The position numbers and the translations under genes were made by a program. Below the pieces are notes generated by a model. The model saw nothing but the letters and a program-made list of their open reading frames with translations, made no database searches and was not told the origin of the DNA. A DNA stretch of 55,646 nucleotides from Variovorax sp. (GTDB lineage: Bacteria; Pseudomonadota; Gammaproteobacteria; Burkholderiales; Burkholderiaceae_C), in NCBI GenBank assembly GCA_039925525.1, contig JBDSYU010000101.1:1-55646 (forward strand). The letters are read 5' to 3'. Of the stretch, positions 42,478-52,622 are shown in pieces. The stretch's first letter is position 1, and each line of letters begins with the position of its first letter.

Positions 42478-45360
42478 CTACTTGGTCAGCACAAAGCCCT
42501 TGAGCTTGGCAAAGGCCGCTTCGACCAGCGCCTTTTGCTGCTCCTGGTGCAGGTGCGAGTAGCCCACGGCCGGCGACGCCGAGGCCGCTCGGCCGGCATA
42601 GCCGAGTTTTTGACCGGGCTCGAGGTTCTCGTGAATGTAGTGCTGCACGAAGAACCAGGCGCCCTGGTTGGCCGGTTCGTCCTGGCACCACACGACGTCG
42701 ACAAGTTTCGGGTACTTGCGCAGCTCGGTGGCGAAAACCTTGTGCGGAAACGGATAGAGCTGCTCGACGCGCAACAGCGCCACGTCGTCGATGCCACCTT
42801 CCTCACGCTTCTTGGCCAAATCGTAATAAACCTTGCCCGAGCAGGCGACAACACGGCGCACGCGCTCGGCCTTCAAGTTGCCGCTGTCGGCGATCACCGT
42901 CTGGAAACCGCCTTTGACGAACTCCGTCAGCGGCGACGTCGCGTTCTTGGCACGCAGCAGCGATTTCGGCGTCATGATGACGAGGGGCTTGCGCAGGTTG
43001 CGCACCATCTGGCGGCGCAGCACATGAAAGATCTGGCTGGCCGTGGTCGGCTGCACGATCTGCATGTTGGCGTCGGCAGCCAGTTGCATGAAGCGCTCCA
43101 GCCGCGCAGAACTGTGCTCGGGGCCCTGCCCTTCGTAGCCGTGGGGCAGCATCAGGGTAATGCCGTTGACGCGCCCCCACTTGACTTCGCCGGAGGCGAT
43201 GAACTGGTCGATGACGACCTGCGCGCCATTGGCGAAATCGCCGAACTGCGCTTCCCAGATGACCAGCGTATTGGGGTCGTTGGAGGCATAGCCGTATTCG
43301 AATGCCAGTACCGCTTCTTCAGAAAGGATGGAATCGATGACCACGAACGGCGCCTGGCTCTCGCTGACGTTCTGCAACGGAATGTAGGTGCCGACGTCGA
43401 ACTTTTCGCGCTTCTGGTCGTGCAGCACCGCATGGCGGTGGGTGAAGGTGCCGCGGCCGCTGTCCTCGCCTGAGAGGCGCACCGGAAAGCCGCTGGCGAC
43501 CAGTGAAGCAAAGGCCATGTGCTCGCCCATGCCCCAGTCGACATTGACCTCGCCGCGACCCATCGCGGCGCGATCGTCGATGACCTTCTTGACCAACGAA
43601 TGCGCCGAAAAACCCTCGGGGATGGTGGTGATGCGCTCGGCCAGGCGCTTCCACTCGGCGGTGGGCAACGAGGTGTCGCCAGCATCGGTCCATTTCTTGT
43701 TGAGAAAAGGGCTCCAGTCGACAGCGAACTTGCTCTTGAAGTTGGTAAGCACCGGGTCCGACGTGTTCTTGCCGGCGTCGAAGGCGGCGCGCTGCGCTTT
43801 GACCATGTCGTCGCCGAGCGTGTCGCCGAAGCCTTGCGCCGCCAGCTTATCGGCATAGAGCTTGCGCGTGCCCGGGTGCTGGGCGATCTTCTTGTACATG
43901 AGCGGCTGTGTCAGTGCCGGCGTGTCCTGTTCGTTATGGCCGAGCTTGCGAAAACAGATGATGTCGACCACCACGTCTTTCTGGAACTCCATGCGGAAGT
44001 CCAGCGCCAACCGGGTGGCCAACACCACCGCCTCCGGGTCGTCGCCGTTCACATGCAGCACCGGCGCCTCGATCATCTTGACGATGTCGGTGCAATACAG
44101 CGTTGAGCGGCTGTCGCGCGGATCACTGGTGGTGAAGCCGATCTGATTGTTGATGACGATGTGCACCGTGCCGCCGGTGAAGTAGCCGCGTGTCTCGGCC
44201 AGCGCCAGCGTCTCCATGACCACGCCCTGGCCGGCAAAGGCGGCGTCGCCATGCACGATCACCGGAAGCACCTGCTTGCCGAGCGGATCGTTGCGCCGAT
44301 CCATCCGGGCGCGCACCGAACCCTCGACAACCGGATTGACGATCTCCAGGTGCGAGGGGTTGAAAGCCAGCGTGAGGTGTACCGGGCCGCCAAGCGTCGT
44401 CACATCGGAACTGAATCCCTGGTGGTATTTGACGTCGCCGCTGGGCAGGTTCTCTGGCGCTGTGTGATCAAACTCGGCGAACAGGTCGGCCGGCAACTTG
44501 CCCAGCGAATTGACCAGCACGTTCAGGCGACCGCGATGCGCCATGCCGATGACGATCTCCTGCACGCCTTGCGCGCCGCCCTGGTTGATGAGTTCGTCCA
44601 TGGCGACAATGAAGCTCTCTCCGCCGTCGAGCGAGAAGCGCTTCTGGCCCACGTACTTGGTGTGCAGAAAGCGCTCCAGCCCTTCGGCCGCCGTCAGTCG
44701 CTCGAGGATGCGCTTTTTCTCGTCGCCCGTGACCTGCGGGTTGGTGCGAGCGCTCTCGAGCCGTTGCTGCCACCAACGCTTTTGCGCCTGGTCGGTGGTG
44801 TACATGTACTCGACGCCGATGCTGTCGCAGTAGGTCTCGCGCAACGCCGCGAGCAGATCGCGCAGCGACATCGTGTCGTGCCCGAAGAAGGTGTTGGTGG
44901 TGTTGAACACCAGTTGCAGGTCGGCATCGGTAAAGCCGTAGAACGACGGTTCCAGCTCCGAGATCACCGGACGTTCGGCGCGCTTGAGCGGATCGAGATC
45001 GGCCCAACGGGCGCCGACGTTGCGATATGCCGCGATCAGTTGCTGCGCCGCGGTTCGCTTGCGGCCCATCTCCGAATCGGCACCTGTTGGCTGGGCCACA
45101 CGCATGGGCGCCTGTTTGGCGCGCTCGGCGAAAGCATTGATCACCGGCTGGTGCGGCTGATCCTTGGCGTTGCTGCCGTCGACCGCCGGGACGTTTTGCA
45201 GGGCGTCGAAATAAGATCGCCAAGTGTCGGGGACGCTGCCGGGATGCGAGAGGTAGTTCTCATACATCTCTTCGACATAAGGCGCGTTGCCGCCGAAGAG
45301 ATAGGAGTTACCTTGGTAACCCTGGAAGGCCGATGATTCGGCCGGAGAAGACTCACTCAT
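42478..45360 (-). CDS. sucA: 2-oxoglutarate dehydrogenase E1 component
   Basis: ATG 45360; GMAHRGRLN, GDVKYHQG, HGDAAFAGQG, WEAQFGDF, GPEHSSAR. Confidence 0.98.
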   Translation of the reverse strand: MSESSPAESSAFQGYQGNSYLFGGNAPYVEEMYENYLSHPGSVPDTWRSYFDALQNVPAVDGSNAKDQPHQPVINAFAERAKQAPMRVAQPTGADSEMGRKRTAAQQLIAAYRNVGARWADLDPLKRAERPVISELEPSFYGFTDADLQLVFNTTNTFFGHDTMSLRDLLAALRETYCDSIGVEYMYTTDQAQKRWWQQRLESARTNPQVTGDEKKRILERLTAAEGLERFLHTKYVGQKRFSLDGGESFIVAMDELINQGGAQGVQEIVIGMAHRGRLNVLVNSLGKLPADLFAEFDHTAPENLPSGDVKYHQGFSSDVTTLGGPVHLTLAFNPSHLEIVNPVVEGSVRARMDRRNDPLGKQVLPVIVHGDAAFAGQGVVMETLALAETRGYFTGGTVHIVINNQIGFTTSDPRDSRSTLYCTDIVKMIEAPVLHVNGDDPEAVVLATRLALDFRMEFQKDVVVDIICFRKLGHNEQDTPALTQPLMYKKIAQHPGTRKLYADKLAAQGFGDTLGDDMVKAQRAAFDAGKNTSDPVLTNFKSKFAVDWSPFLNKKWTDAGDTSLPTAEWKRLAERITTIPEGFSAHSLVKKVIDDRAAMGRGEVNVDWGMGEHMAFASLVASGFPVRLSGEDSGRGTFTHRHAVLHDQKREKFDVGTYIPLQNVSESQAPFVVIDSILSEEAVLAFEYGYASNDPNTLVIWEAQFGDFANGAQVVIDQFIASGEVKWGRVNGITLMLPHGYEGQGPEHSSARLERFMQLAADANMQIVQPTTASQIFHVLRRQMVRNLRKPLVIMTPKSLLRAKNATSPLTEFVKGGFQTVIADSGNLKAERVRRVVACSGKVYYDLAKKREEGGIDDVALLRVEQLYPFPHKVFATELRKYPKLVDVVWCQDEPANQGAWFFVQHYIHENLEPGQKLGYAGRAASASPAVGYSHLHQEQQKALVEAAFAKLKGFVLTK

Positions 45361-45540
45361 GATGCGCGGACCTTGGCTTCCCTTCGGGAAGCGTGAGCTG
45401 GTTGAGGCACGCCCGGCGAGTTGTTCGCAGCGCATGCATATTTGCGCGCATGCGTTTGCAAACTCACCAAGGATCGCCCGGAAAAACCTTCCGCGACACG
45501 GCTTGACCGGTTGGCGGATGCGACTGTGGCTGGAAGGGCC
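45358..45540 (-). ncRNA. sucA RNA motif (cis-regulatory leader) with inserted hairpin
   Basis: GCATCCGCCAACCGGTCAAGCCGTGTCGCGGAAGGTT...AACCAGCT in the sucA 5' UTR resembles the betaproteobacterial sucA motif as I recall it; candidate -10 CACAAT at 45558-45553. Confidence 0.75.
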
Positions 45541-45611
45541 TAGTACCTCGGGATTGTGCCATGCGCATGCATCCCGGCCTGTAGCTTCCTGCCCCGTTGC
45601 TCGGGCTGCAT

Positions 45612-47522
45612 TCAAACTTTCATCGAATCCGTGATCTGTTTCAGGGCCGCAGGGTCGTCCATCGTCGTCAGGTCGCCCGGGTCGCGCTGCTCACACACGG
45701 CCTGTACGGCGCGACGCAGGAGCTTGCCGCTGCGCGTCTTCGGCAAGGCGGTGACGAAACGCACACGCGCCGGTCTTGCCAGCGCGCCGAGCTGGTCGGC
45801 CACACGTTTCATGATCTCGCCCTCGAGCTTCATCGCCGCCGCGCTGTCAGTGGCGGCGGCAGCACTTCTGGCGACGACGAAGGCCATGGCCACCTGGCCC
45901 TTCAGCGCATCTGCCACGCCGACCACCGCGACTTCGGCCACGTCGGCATGGCCGGAGATCGCTTCTTCGATTTCACGCGTGCCCAATCGATGGCCGGCGA
46001 CGTTGATCACATCGTCGGTGCGCCCGAGAATGAAGTAATACCCGTCTTCATCACGGATGCCCCAGTCGAAGGTTGAATAGACCTGTCGCCCAGGCACGCT
46101 GTTCCAGTAGGTTTGCACGAAGCGCTCGTCGTCGCGCCAGACCGTCTGCATGAAACCGGGCGGCGTCGGTCCCTGGACCACCACAACGCCCTTCTGGTTC
46201 GGCTCAGTGAGTTCCTCGCCGCTCGACTCATCGACGATTTTCACGCGCCAGCCATACATCGGCACGCCGGGGCTGCCGAACTTGCTGCGCAACTTCTCGA
46301 CGCCGTTGGCCAGCGTGATGATCGGCCAGCCCGATTCGGTCTGCCAGTAGTTGTCGATGATCGGCACGCCGAGGCCCTCGCTGATCCAGCGGGCCGTCGG
46401 TTCGTCGAGCGGTTCGCCGGCCAGGAACAACGCGCGCAAGCTCGACAGGTCGTATTTCTTCAGCAGCGCCGGATCCTGCTTCTTCAGTACGCGCACCGCC
46501 GTCGGTGCGCTGAACATCACCGTCACCTGGTACTTCTCGACCAGCCGCCACCAGATCCCGCCATCGGGCTGGCGATCGATGCCCTGGGTCGGCAGGCCCT
46601 CGTACATGATCGTCGCCATGCCAGCAATGAGCGGCCCGTAGACGATGTAGCTATGGCCGACGACCCAACCGATGTCGCTCGTCGAAAAATACGTTTCGCC
46701 GGCGCGGCCGTCGAAGATGTACTTCATGCTCGCGGCCAATGCCACCGCATAACCGCCGGTGTCGCGCTGCACGCCCTTGGGCCGACCCGTAGTGCCGCTG
46801 GTATAGATGGTGTAGCTCGTCTCCGTCGCATCGAGCCAGGTGCAAGGTATCTCGGCACCGTTGTGGCGGTCGACGAGATGGCTCATCAGATGGTCGCGTC
46901 CCCCGATCAAGTCCATCGGCGCCAGTCCACGATCGGCCAGCAGCACGGCCGCCGGCTTGAACTTCGACAGTCGGATCGCCTCGTCAAGCAGCGGCTTGTA
47001 TGCAATCACCTTGCCGCCGCGGCAACCAGCGTCAGCACTGATCACCAGCTTCGGCTCGGCGTCCTCGATGCGGTTGGCGAGCGACGCACTGGCGAAGCCG
47101 CCGAACACCACCGAATGGATAGCGCCGATGCGCGCGCAGGCCAGCATGGCGAAGGCGGCTTCCGCCATCATCGGCATGTAGATGATCACGCGGTCACCCT
47201 TGCCCACACCCAATTCGATCAGGCCGGCTGCCAGGCGCTGCACCTCGGCATGCAATTGCTTGAAGCTGTAGGTTTTTTCGACGCCGGTCTCGGTCGAGAC
47301 GAAAATCAACGCCGGCTGGTCGCCACGCGTTGCCAGATGGCGGTCGACTGCGTTGTGGCAGAGATTGGTGGTGCCGCCGGCGAACCATCGGACAAATGGC
47401 GGGCGGCTCGCGTCGAGAATTTGCGTCGGCGGCGTTCGCCAGTCGATGAGTTCGGCCTGCTCGGCCCAGAATGCCTCGCTGTCGTCGATGGAGCGTTGGT
47501 AGAAATCCTTGTAAGAATCCAT
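45612..47522 (-). CDS. prpE: Propionate--CoA ligase
   Basis: TNLCHNAVDRH, YTSGTTGRPKGVQRDTGGY, DNYWQTESGW, PKTRSGKLLRR. Confidence 0.9.
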   Translation of the reverse strand: MDSYKDFYQRSIDDSEAFWAEQAELIDWRTPPTQILDASRPPFVRWFAGGTTNLCHNAVDRHLATRGDQPALIFVSTETGVEKTYSFKQLHAEVQRLAAGLIELGVGKGDRVIIYMPMMAEAAFAMLACARIGAIHSVVFGGFASASLANRIEDAEPKLVISADAGCRGGKVIAYKPLLDEAIRLSKFKPAAVLLADRGLAPMDLIGGRDHLMSHLVDRHNGAEIPCTWLDATETSYTIYTSGTTGRPKGVQRDTGGYAVALAASMKYIFDGRAGETYFSTSDIGWVVGHSYIVYGPLIAGMATIMYEGLPTQGIDRQPDGGIWWRLVEKYQVTVMFSAPTAVRVLKKQDPALLKKYDLSSLRALFLAGEPLDEPTARWISEGLGVPIIDNYWQTESGWPIITLANGVEKLRSKFGSPGVPMYGWRVKIVDESSGEELTEPNQKGVVVVQGPTPPGFMQTVWRDDERFVQTYWNSVPGRQVYSTFDWGIRDEDGYYFILGRTDDVINVAGHRLGTREIEEAISGHADVAEVAVVGVADALKGQVAMAFVVARSAAAATDSAAAMKLEGEIMKRVADQLGALARPARVRFVTALPKTRSGKLLRRAVQAVCEQRDPGDLTTMDDPAALKQITDSMKV

Positions 47523-47543
47523 GGCTTTGCGTCTCCCATTGCC

Positions 47544-48179
47544 CTAGCGAATCAGGCCTTGCCATTCGCGGAACGCCGGATGGGTGGAGGCGCGCAACCA
47601 TTCAAAGCCGACCATCTCCGTGGTCACGAGTTCGCAGCCGGCGCCGACCAGTCGATCGAAAGCGGCGTCGCGGTTGCGCTCGGTGCGGGACGCGCAGGCG
47701 TCTGTGACGACCCAGACATCGAACTCGGCCTCCAGCAGTTCGAGAGCAGTCTGCAGCAAGCACACGTGGGCTTCGCATCCTGCAATGACGATGCTGGTGC
47801 GCTCGTCCTGCAACAGCTCGGGCTCGGGCGCTCGTCTTGCGTGACGAGGCAGGCTGCGGGCGTTGCCTCGGGTCGCCGCCATCGGTTTCGGCAGCTGCGC
47901 GGCCGGCGCTCCATGCAGCCACTCGATCAGCCCTTCGCCAGCCGCGCTGAAATGCGTCTTCGCCAGCGTTCGCTGACACAGCTCGCGCAGCTCCGGCATG
48001 TTCTCGCCGAGCTTGGCCGGCGTCTGTTCGGTGCCCCAGACCGGCACCGAGAGCAGCCGCGCCGTTTTGGCAAGACGCACCGCGTTGGCCACGGCCTCCG
48101 CACCCTGATGCAGCGCCGGCAAGAGGCGGGCCTGGTAGTCCACCAGGACCAATTGACAATCGTCGGCGTCGAGCAGCAT
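47544..48179 (-). CDS. Isochorismatase family cysteine hydrolase
   Basis: LVDYQARL, TEQ, KTHFSA, GCEAHVCLLQT, DACASR; AAGGA RBS before ATG 48179. Confidence 0.88.
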   Translation of the reverse strand: MLLDADDCQLVLVDYQARLLPALHQGAEAVANAVRLAKTARLLSVPVWGTEQTPAKLGENMPELRELCQRTLAKTHFSAAGEGLIEWLHGAPAAQLPKPMAATRGNARSLPRHARRAPEPELLQDERTSIVIAGCEAHVCLLQTALELLEAEFDVWVVTDACASRTERNRDAAFDRLVGAGCELVTTEMVGFEWLRASTHPAFREWQGLIR

Positions 48180-48254
48180 CGGCAATTCCTTCGCCGGGAT
48201 CATAAGCACCGCCGCGCCTTGATCCCCTGACCTATTTGCGGCTCGCAGCCGGCG

Positions 48255-49388
48255 CTACGGCTGCAGCCGAATCAGCTTTCCATCCTCGTCGTCCGTGAGC
48301 ACGTAGAGCAAGCCGTCCGGCGCCTGCCGCACGTCACGAATGCGCGCACCGCCGGCATCGAGCAGCTTGTGCTCGGCCACCACCTTGTCCCCGGCAAGTT
48401 CGATCCGATCGAGGTAGCCGAACTTCAGCGATCCGACGAACAGGTTGCCACGCCACGATGCGCCATAGCGATCGCTCAAGAGAAAAGCCATGCCCGACGG
48501 GGCAATCGAGGGCACCCAGTAATGCAGCGGTTGCTCCATGTCCGCCTTGTGGGTGATGCCGGCACCGATCGGGCCGCCGCCATAGTTTTCTCCATAGGTG
48601 ATGACGGGCCAACCGTAGTTGCGTCCGGGTTCGGGCCGATTGATCTCGTCGCCGCCTTGCGGACCATGCTCGTGCATCCACAGGCGCCCATCCGGTCCGA
48701 GCGTCGCGCCCTGCCCGTTGCGATGGCCATAACTCCAGATTTCCGGCAGTGCACCGTTCTTGCTGACGAGGGGGTTGTCCGGCGGCACGCCACCGTCTTT
48801 CGTGACGCGCACCACCTTACCCAGGTGATTGTCCAGGCGCTGCGCGTCATCCTTGCGGCTGAAGCGCTCGCCAAGGGTCATGAACAGCGTCCCGTCACGC
48901 GCTTCGACGATGCGGCAGCCGAAGTGGGCGCTGCTCGCCACTTTCGGTTTCTGGCTGAAGATGACTTCGACGTTTTCCAGCCGTTTGGCATCCGCAGACA
49001 GCACGGCGCGGGCCAACGCCGTGCTGTTGGAGCCCTGGGCCGAACCATCGCCGCGTCCCTGCGCGGGCTCGGCATAGCAGAAGTACAAGGTGCGATTGCG
49101 GGCGAATGCGGCGTCGAGCACGACATCGAGCAACCCCCCCTGCCCCCGTGCCGCGACGCTGGGCAGGCCGGCGATGGGCGGGCCGACGCGGCCATCCGGC
49201 TGGACGTGGCGCAGTCGCCCAGGTCGCTCCGATACAAGGAAACTGCCATCCGCCATCGGCGCCAAGGCCCAGGGATGCACCAGGCCGGAGGCGATCACCT
49301 CGGCATGCGGTTCGCCGCGCGCCGGCGATATGCCGGTCAGGCCCGCCAAGCCGGTCAGGCAAACGAATACCAAAGTAAGGTGTTTCAT
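48255..49388 (-). CDS. PQQ-dependent sugar (glucose/sorbosone) dehydrogenase
   Basis: Signal peptide, GLVHPW, GQGGLLDV, SYGHRN, HGPQGGDEIN, NYGWP, RIRDV. Confidence 0.92.
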   Translation of the reverse strand: MKHLTLVFVCLTGLAGLTGISPARGEPHAEVIASGLVHPWALAPMADGSFLVSERPGRLRHVQPDGRVGPPIAGLPSVAARGQGGLLDVVLDAAFARNRTLYFCYAEPAQGRGDGSAQGSNSTALARAVLSADAKRLENVEVIFSQKPKVASSAHFGCRIVEARDGTLFMTLGERFSRKDDAQRLDNHLGKVVRVTKDGGVPPDNPLVSKNGALPEIWSYGHRNGQGATLGPDGRLWMHEHGPQGGDEINRPEPGRNYGWPVITYGENYGGGPIGAGITHKADMEQPLHYWVPSIAPSGMAFLLSDRYGASWRGNLFVGSLKFGYLDRIELAGDKVVAEHKLLDAGGARIRDVRQAPDGLLYVLTDDEDGKLIRLQP

Positions 49389-49533
49389 CTGTTCCTTGCA
49401 GCCCGATGGCCGCGGCCGACACCGTCGCAGCACAGCGACTATTGGCCGGGTTGAAGTTAACGGACGAAAAGCGCCCGATTTGCGGGCGTGAAATAGTTGA
49501 CACGCGGACGTGTCATCCATATCCTACGCCGCC

Positions 49534-50088
49534 ATGCGATTCATGACCCTGCTTCCAGCCCTGTTGTTGTCCACCGGCGCCCTCGCCGCACCCACCCAGG
49601 AGCCGGACGAACGCCTGCAGGCGTTGCTCGAGCAGCGGATCCTGGTCGAACGCATCACGCACGTCGGCCAGCAGGTGACCGATCGCGCAGCCGACTTGGT
49701 TGGCAATGCGCTGGAAGCTATCGGAGTGCCGTATCGGAGCGGCGGCAGTTCGGCTGAAAGCGGCTTCGATTGCAGCGGCTTCGTGCGCGCCATGTTCGAT
49801 GAAACCGTCGGGTTGATGTTGCCGCGCCGTGCCGAGGAGCAGGCCGCAGCGACGACGAAGATCGATCGGGGCGAACTGAAACCGGGCGACCTGGTGTTCT
49901 TCAACACCATGCGCCGCGCCTTCAGCCATGTCGGCATCTACCTGGGTGACAACAAGTTCATCCATGCACCACGCAGCGGCGGCCGTGTGCGCGTCGAAGA
50001 CATGAGCATCGCCTATTGGCAACGCCGCTTCAACGGTGCGCGCCGGGTCGAAGCGGGTGCGCATGAAGTGGCGTCCATCGGCTACTGA
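49534..50088 (+). CDS. NlpC/P60 (C40) cell-wall peptidase
   Basis: Signal peptide, GVPYRSGG, GFDCSG, PGDLVFF, HVGIY, FIHAP. Confidence 0.93.
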   Translation: MRFMTLLPALLLSTGALAAPTQEPDERLQALLEQRILVERITHVGQQVTDRAADLVGNALEAIGVPYRSGGSSAESGFDCSGFVRAMFDETVGLMLPRRAEEQAAATTKIDRGELKPGDLVFFNTMRRAFSHVGIYLGDNKFIHAPRSGGRVRVEDMSIAYWQRRFNGARRVEAGAHEVASIGY

Positions 50089-50411
50089 AGATAGCGATAG
50101 CCAGCGCGCGAACCTTTCGGGCGCGCATCGCGTAACTCGGCCGGTTAGGCTTTTGCCTGGGTGCTCTCAGGCCAGTGGCAAGCTGCTCGCAGAAGTCGCA
50201 CGCTTTTTTCAATCCATTTCCCATCCTTCGTCCGGCACTTTCATTCCCAAGTGCATCCTCGTTGGCAGAGATGCGCAGGTAATGGACGATGGTCTTGCCG
50301 AACCAGCCGGCCATTGATATTGATGCTGCCTGGTTCGCGCAATGCGAAAACATCCGGGTTGCCGAGGCGCTCGTGAACTGACGCCGCTTGACGCCCGCCT
50401 TCGGCAGCGCC

Positions 50412-52385
50412 TTACGACTCCTTGCGCACAGGCGGCAGATCCGTACAAGTGCCATGCGCCACTTCAGCCGCCATGCCGATGCTCTCGCCCAGCGTCGGGT
50501 GCGGATGAATGGTCTTGCCGATGTCGACGGCGTCAGCGCCCATCTCGATGGCCAAGGCAATTTCGCCGATCATGTCGCCCGCATGCGTGCCGACGATGCC
50601 GCCGCCGAGGATGCGATGTGACAGGGCATCGAACAGCAACTTCGTGAAGCCTTCATCGCGCCCATTGGCGATGGCCCTGCCCGATGCGGTCCAGGGGAAC
50701 AGGCCCTTCTTGACCTTCACTCCTTCGGCCTTGGCCTGATCTTCTGTGAGCCCAACCCACGCCACTTCCGGATCGGTGTAGGCGACGGCAGGAATGACTC
50801 GTGCGTTGAAAGCGGCACTGGCGAGTTCCCGGTTGCCCTGGATCTCTCCGGCGATGACCTCGGCCGCGACATGCGCCTCGTGCACCGCCTTGTGCGCCAG
50901 CATCGGCTGGCCGACGATATCGCCGATGGCGAAGATGTTGGCGACATTGGTGCGCATCTGCACATCGACCGGGATGAAGCCGCGCTCGCCAACCGACACC
51001 CCTGCCTTGTCGGCGCCGATCTTGTTGCCGTTGGGGCTGCGTCCAACCGACTGCAGCACCAGGTCGTAGACCTGCGGCTCCTTTGGCGCGCCCTCGCCTT
51101 CAAACGTGACCCTGATACCGGCTTTCGTCGCTTCGGCGCCGACGGTTTTGGTCTTGAGCATGATGTTGTCGAAGCGCAGAGCGTTCATCTTCTGCCAGAC
51201 CTTGACCAGATCACGATCGGCGCCCTGCATCAGGCCATCGAGCATTTCGACCACGTCGAGCCGCGCACCCAGCGTTGAGTAGACGGTACCCATCTCAAGC
51301 CCGATGATGCCGCCGCCAAGCACCAGCATGCGCTTGGGCTCGAAGCCGAGTTCCAGCGCCCCGGTCGAATCGACCACGCGCGGATCCTTGGGCATGAACG
51401 GCAGATGCACCGCCTGCGAACCGGCGGCGATGACGCAGTGCCTGAACTTGACGGTCTGCGATTTGCCGGTCGCTTCGTGCGAGTCACCCGCAGTTTCGTC
51501 GACCTTCAGATGCAGCCCGTCGATGAAGCTGCCGTTGCCGCGCAGAGTTGTCACCTTGCGCATCTTGGCCATCGCGGCAAGGCCGCCGGTGAGCTTGCCC
51601 ACCACCTTGTTCTTGTGCGTGAGCAGTTTGGCGCGATCGATCGTGGGCTCGGCAAACGAGACGCCGAGCGCCGCGAAGTGCTTGACCTCGTCCATCACCG
51701 AAGCCACATGCAGCAGCGCTTTGGACGGGATGCAACCGACGTTCAGGCAGACCCCGCCGAGCGTCGCATAGCGTTCGACCAGAATCACCTTCAAGCCCAA
51801 GTCGGCCGCGCGGAATGCCGCCGAATACCCGCTTGGGCCAGCGCCCAGTACCAGCACGTCGCATTCGTGATCAACCGCGCCGCTGTAGCTGGACTTCGGC
51901 GCTTGCGCATCGCTTGGGCTTCGGGCAGCGCCGCCCGCCGACGCGGCCTGGGCTGTGCCATGACGCGCACTGGAGGAACTCGGCGCGACCGCAGGCACAC
52001 CGGAGGAACTTGATGGTGATGCTGACCCTGGTCTCGATGTCGAACCCGATCCGGAGGCCGGTGCCGCCGCCTTGGCCGCCGCGCCTTTCTCGCCATTCGC
52101 CGCGGCATTGGCTGTCGACGCAGGTGCAGGCGTCGCGACGGCATCGCCCTGCGCGTCGAGCGTCAACACCACCGAGCCTTCGCTCACCTTGTCACCAACC
52201 TTCACCGCCAGCGCCGTCACCTTGCCAGCGGCCGACGACGGAATTTCCATCGAGGCCTTGTCCGATTCGACTGTGATCAACGACTGCTCGACCGCCACCG
52301 TGTCGCCGACCGCGACCAGCACCTCGATGACAGAAACCTCGTCGAAATCGCCGATGTTCGGCACCTTGATCTGTAGTTCGCTCAT
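50412..52385 (-). CDS. lpdA: Dihydrolipoyl dehydrogenase (PDH E3) with N-terminal lipoyl domain
   Basis: ESDKASMEIP lipoyl domain, long linker, GGVCLNVGCIPSK, HPHPTLGE. Confidence 0.96.
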   Translation of the reverse strand: MSELQIKVPNIGDFDEVSVIEVLVAVGDTVAVEQSLITVESDKASMEIPSSAAGKVTALAVKVGDKVSEGSVVLTLDAQGDAVATPAPASTANAAANGEKGAAAKAAAPASGSGSTSRPGSASPSSSSGVPAVAPSSSSARHGTAQAASAGGAARSPSDAQAPKSSYSGAVDHECDVLVLGAGPSGYSAAFRAADLGLKVILVERYATLGGVCLNVGCIPSKALLHVASVMDEVKHFAALGVSFAEPTIDRAKLLTHKNKVVGKLTGGLAAMAKMRKVTTLRGNGSFIDGLHLKVDETAGDSHEATGKSQTVKFRHCVIAAGSQAVHLPFMPKDPRVVDSTGALELGFEPKRMLVLGGGIIGLEMGTVYSTLGARLDVVEMLDGLMQGADRDLVKVWQKMNALRFDNIMLKTKTVGAEATKAGIRVTFEGEGAPKEPQVYDLVLQSVGRSPNGNKIGADKAGVSVGERGFIPVDVQMRTNVANIFAIGDIVGQPMLAHKAVHEAHVAAEVIAGEIQGNRELASAAFNARVIPAVAYTDPEVAWVGLTEDQAKAEGVKVKKGLFPWTASGRAIANGRDEGFTKLLFDALSHRILGGGIVGTHAGDMIGEIALAIEMGADAVDIGKTIHPHPTLGESIGMAAEVAHGTCTDLPPVRKES

Positions 52386-52453
52386 CTCGTTGTCCTTTGC
52401 ATTTGATCTAGCGTTCGGCAGTTCGTGTGCGCGACCGAATACTCTGGTTCAAG

Positions 52454-52619
52454 AACACCGCGGAACTGGCTTTGCCAGGCCGCTGGTGTTGCCCCCGGTC
52501 GGGCTGAGAGACGCGGCTCCAAGCCTGCCTGCGCAGGCTTGGACGGCCTCGAAGGGCCGCTGCCTCCGACAGCGACTCGTTTGGCGAAGGCCACACGCAG
52601 TGGGCCGCAGACTGGGGGC
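52454..52619. repeat. Multi-hairpin intergenic element between aceF and lpdA
   Basis: Hairpins at 52454-52490, 52518-52543 (perfect 11-bp stem) and 52544-52559; outer stem 52491-52500/52610-52619. Confidence 0.7.
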
Positions 52620-52622
52620 GAG

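Noticed and set aside
45361-45615. 85-aa N-terminal extension of SucA in the ORF track
   Set aside because: Region is the promoter and sucA leader RNA; homology-like sequence begins at ATG 45360
46113-48230. Long antisense ORFs (705 aa here; also 34645-36594, 39440-41038, 29358-30962, 24232-25578)
   Set aside because: Shadow frames of well-supported genes, expected in high-GC DNA; no recognisable motifs
50412-52385. Lipoyl-domain fusion on E3 and two lpdA paralogues as a novelty
   Set aside because: Established arrangement in betaproteobacterial PDH and ODH operons
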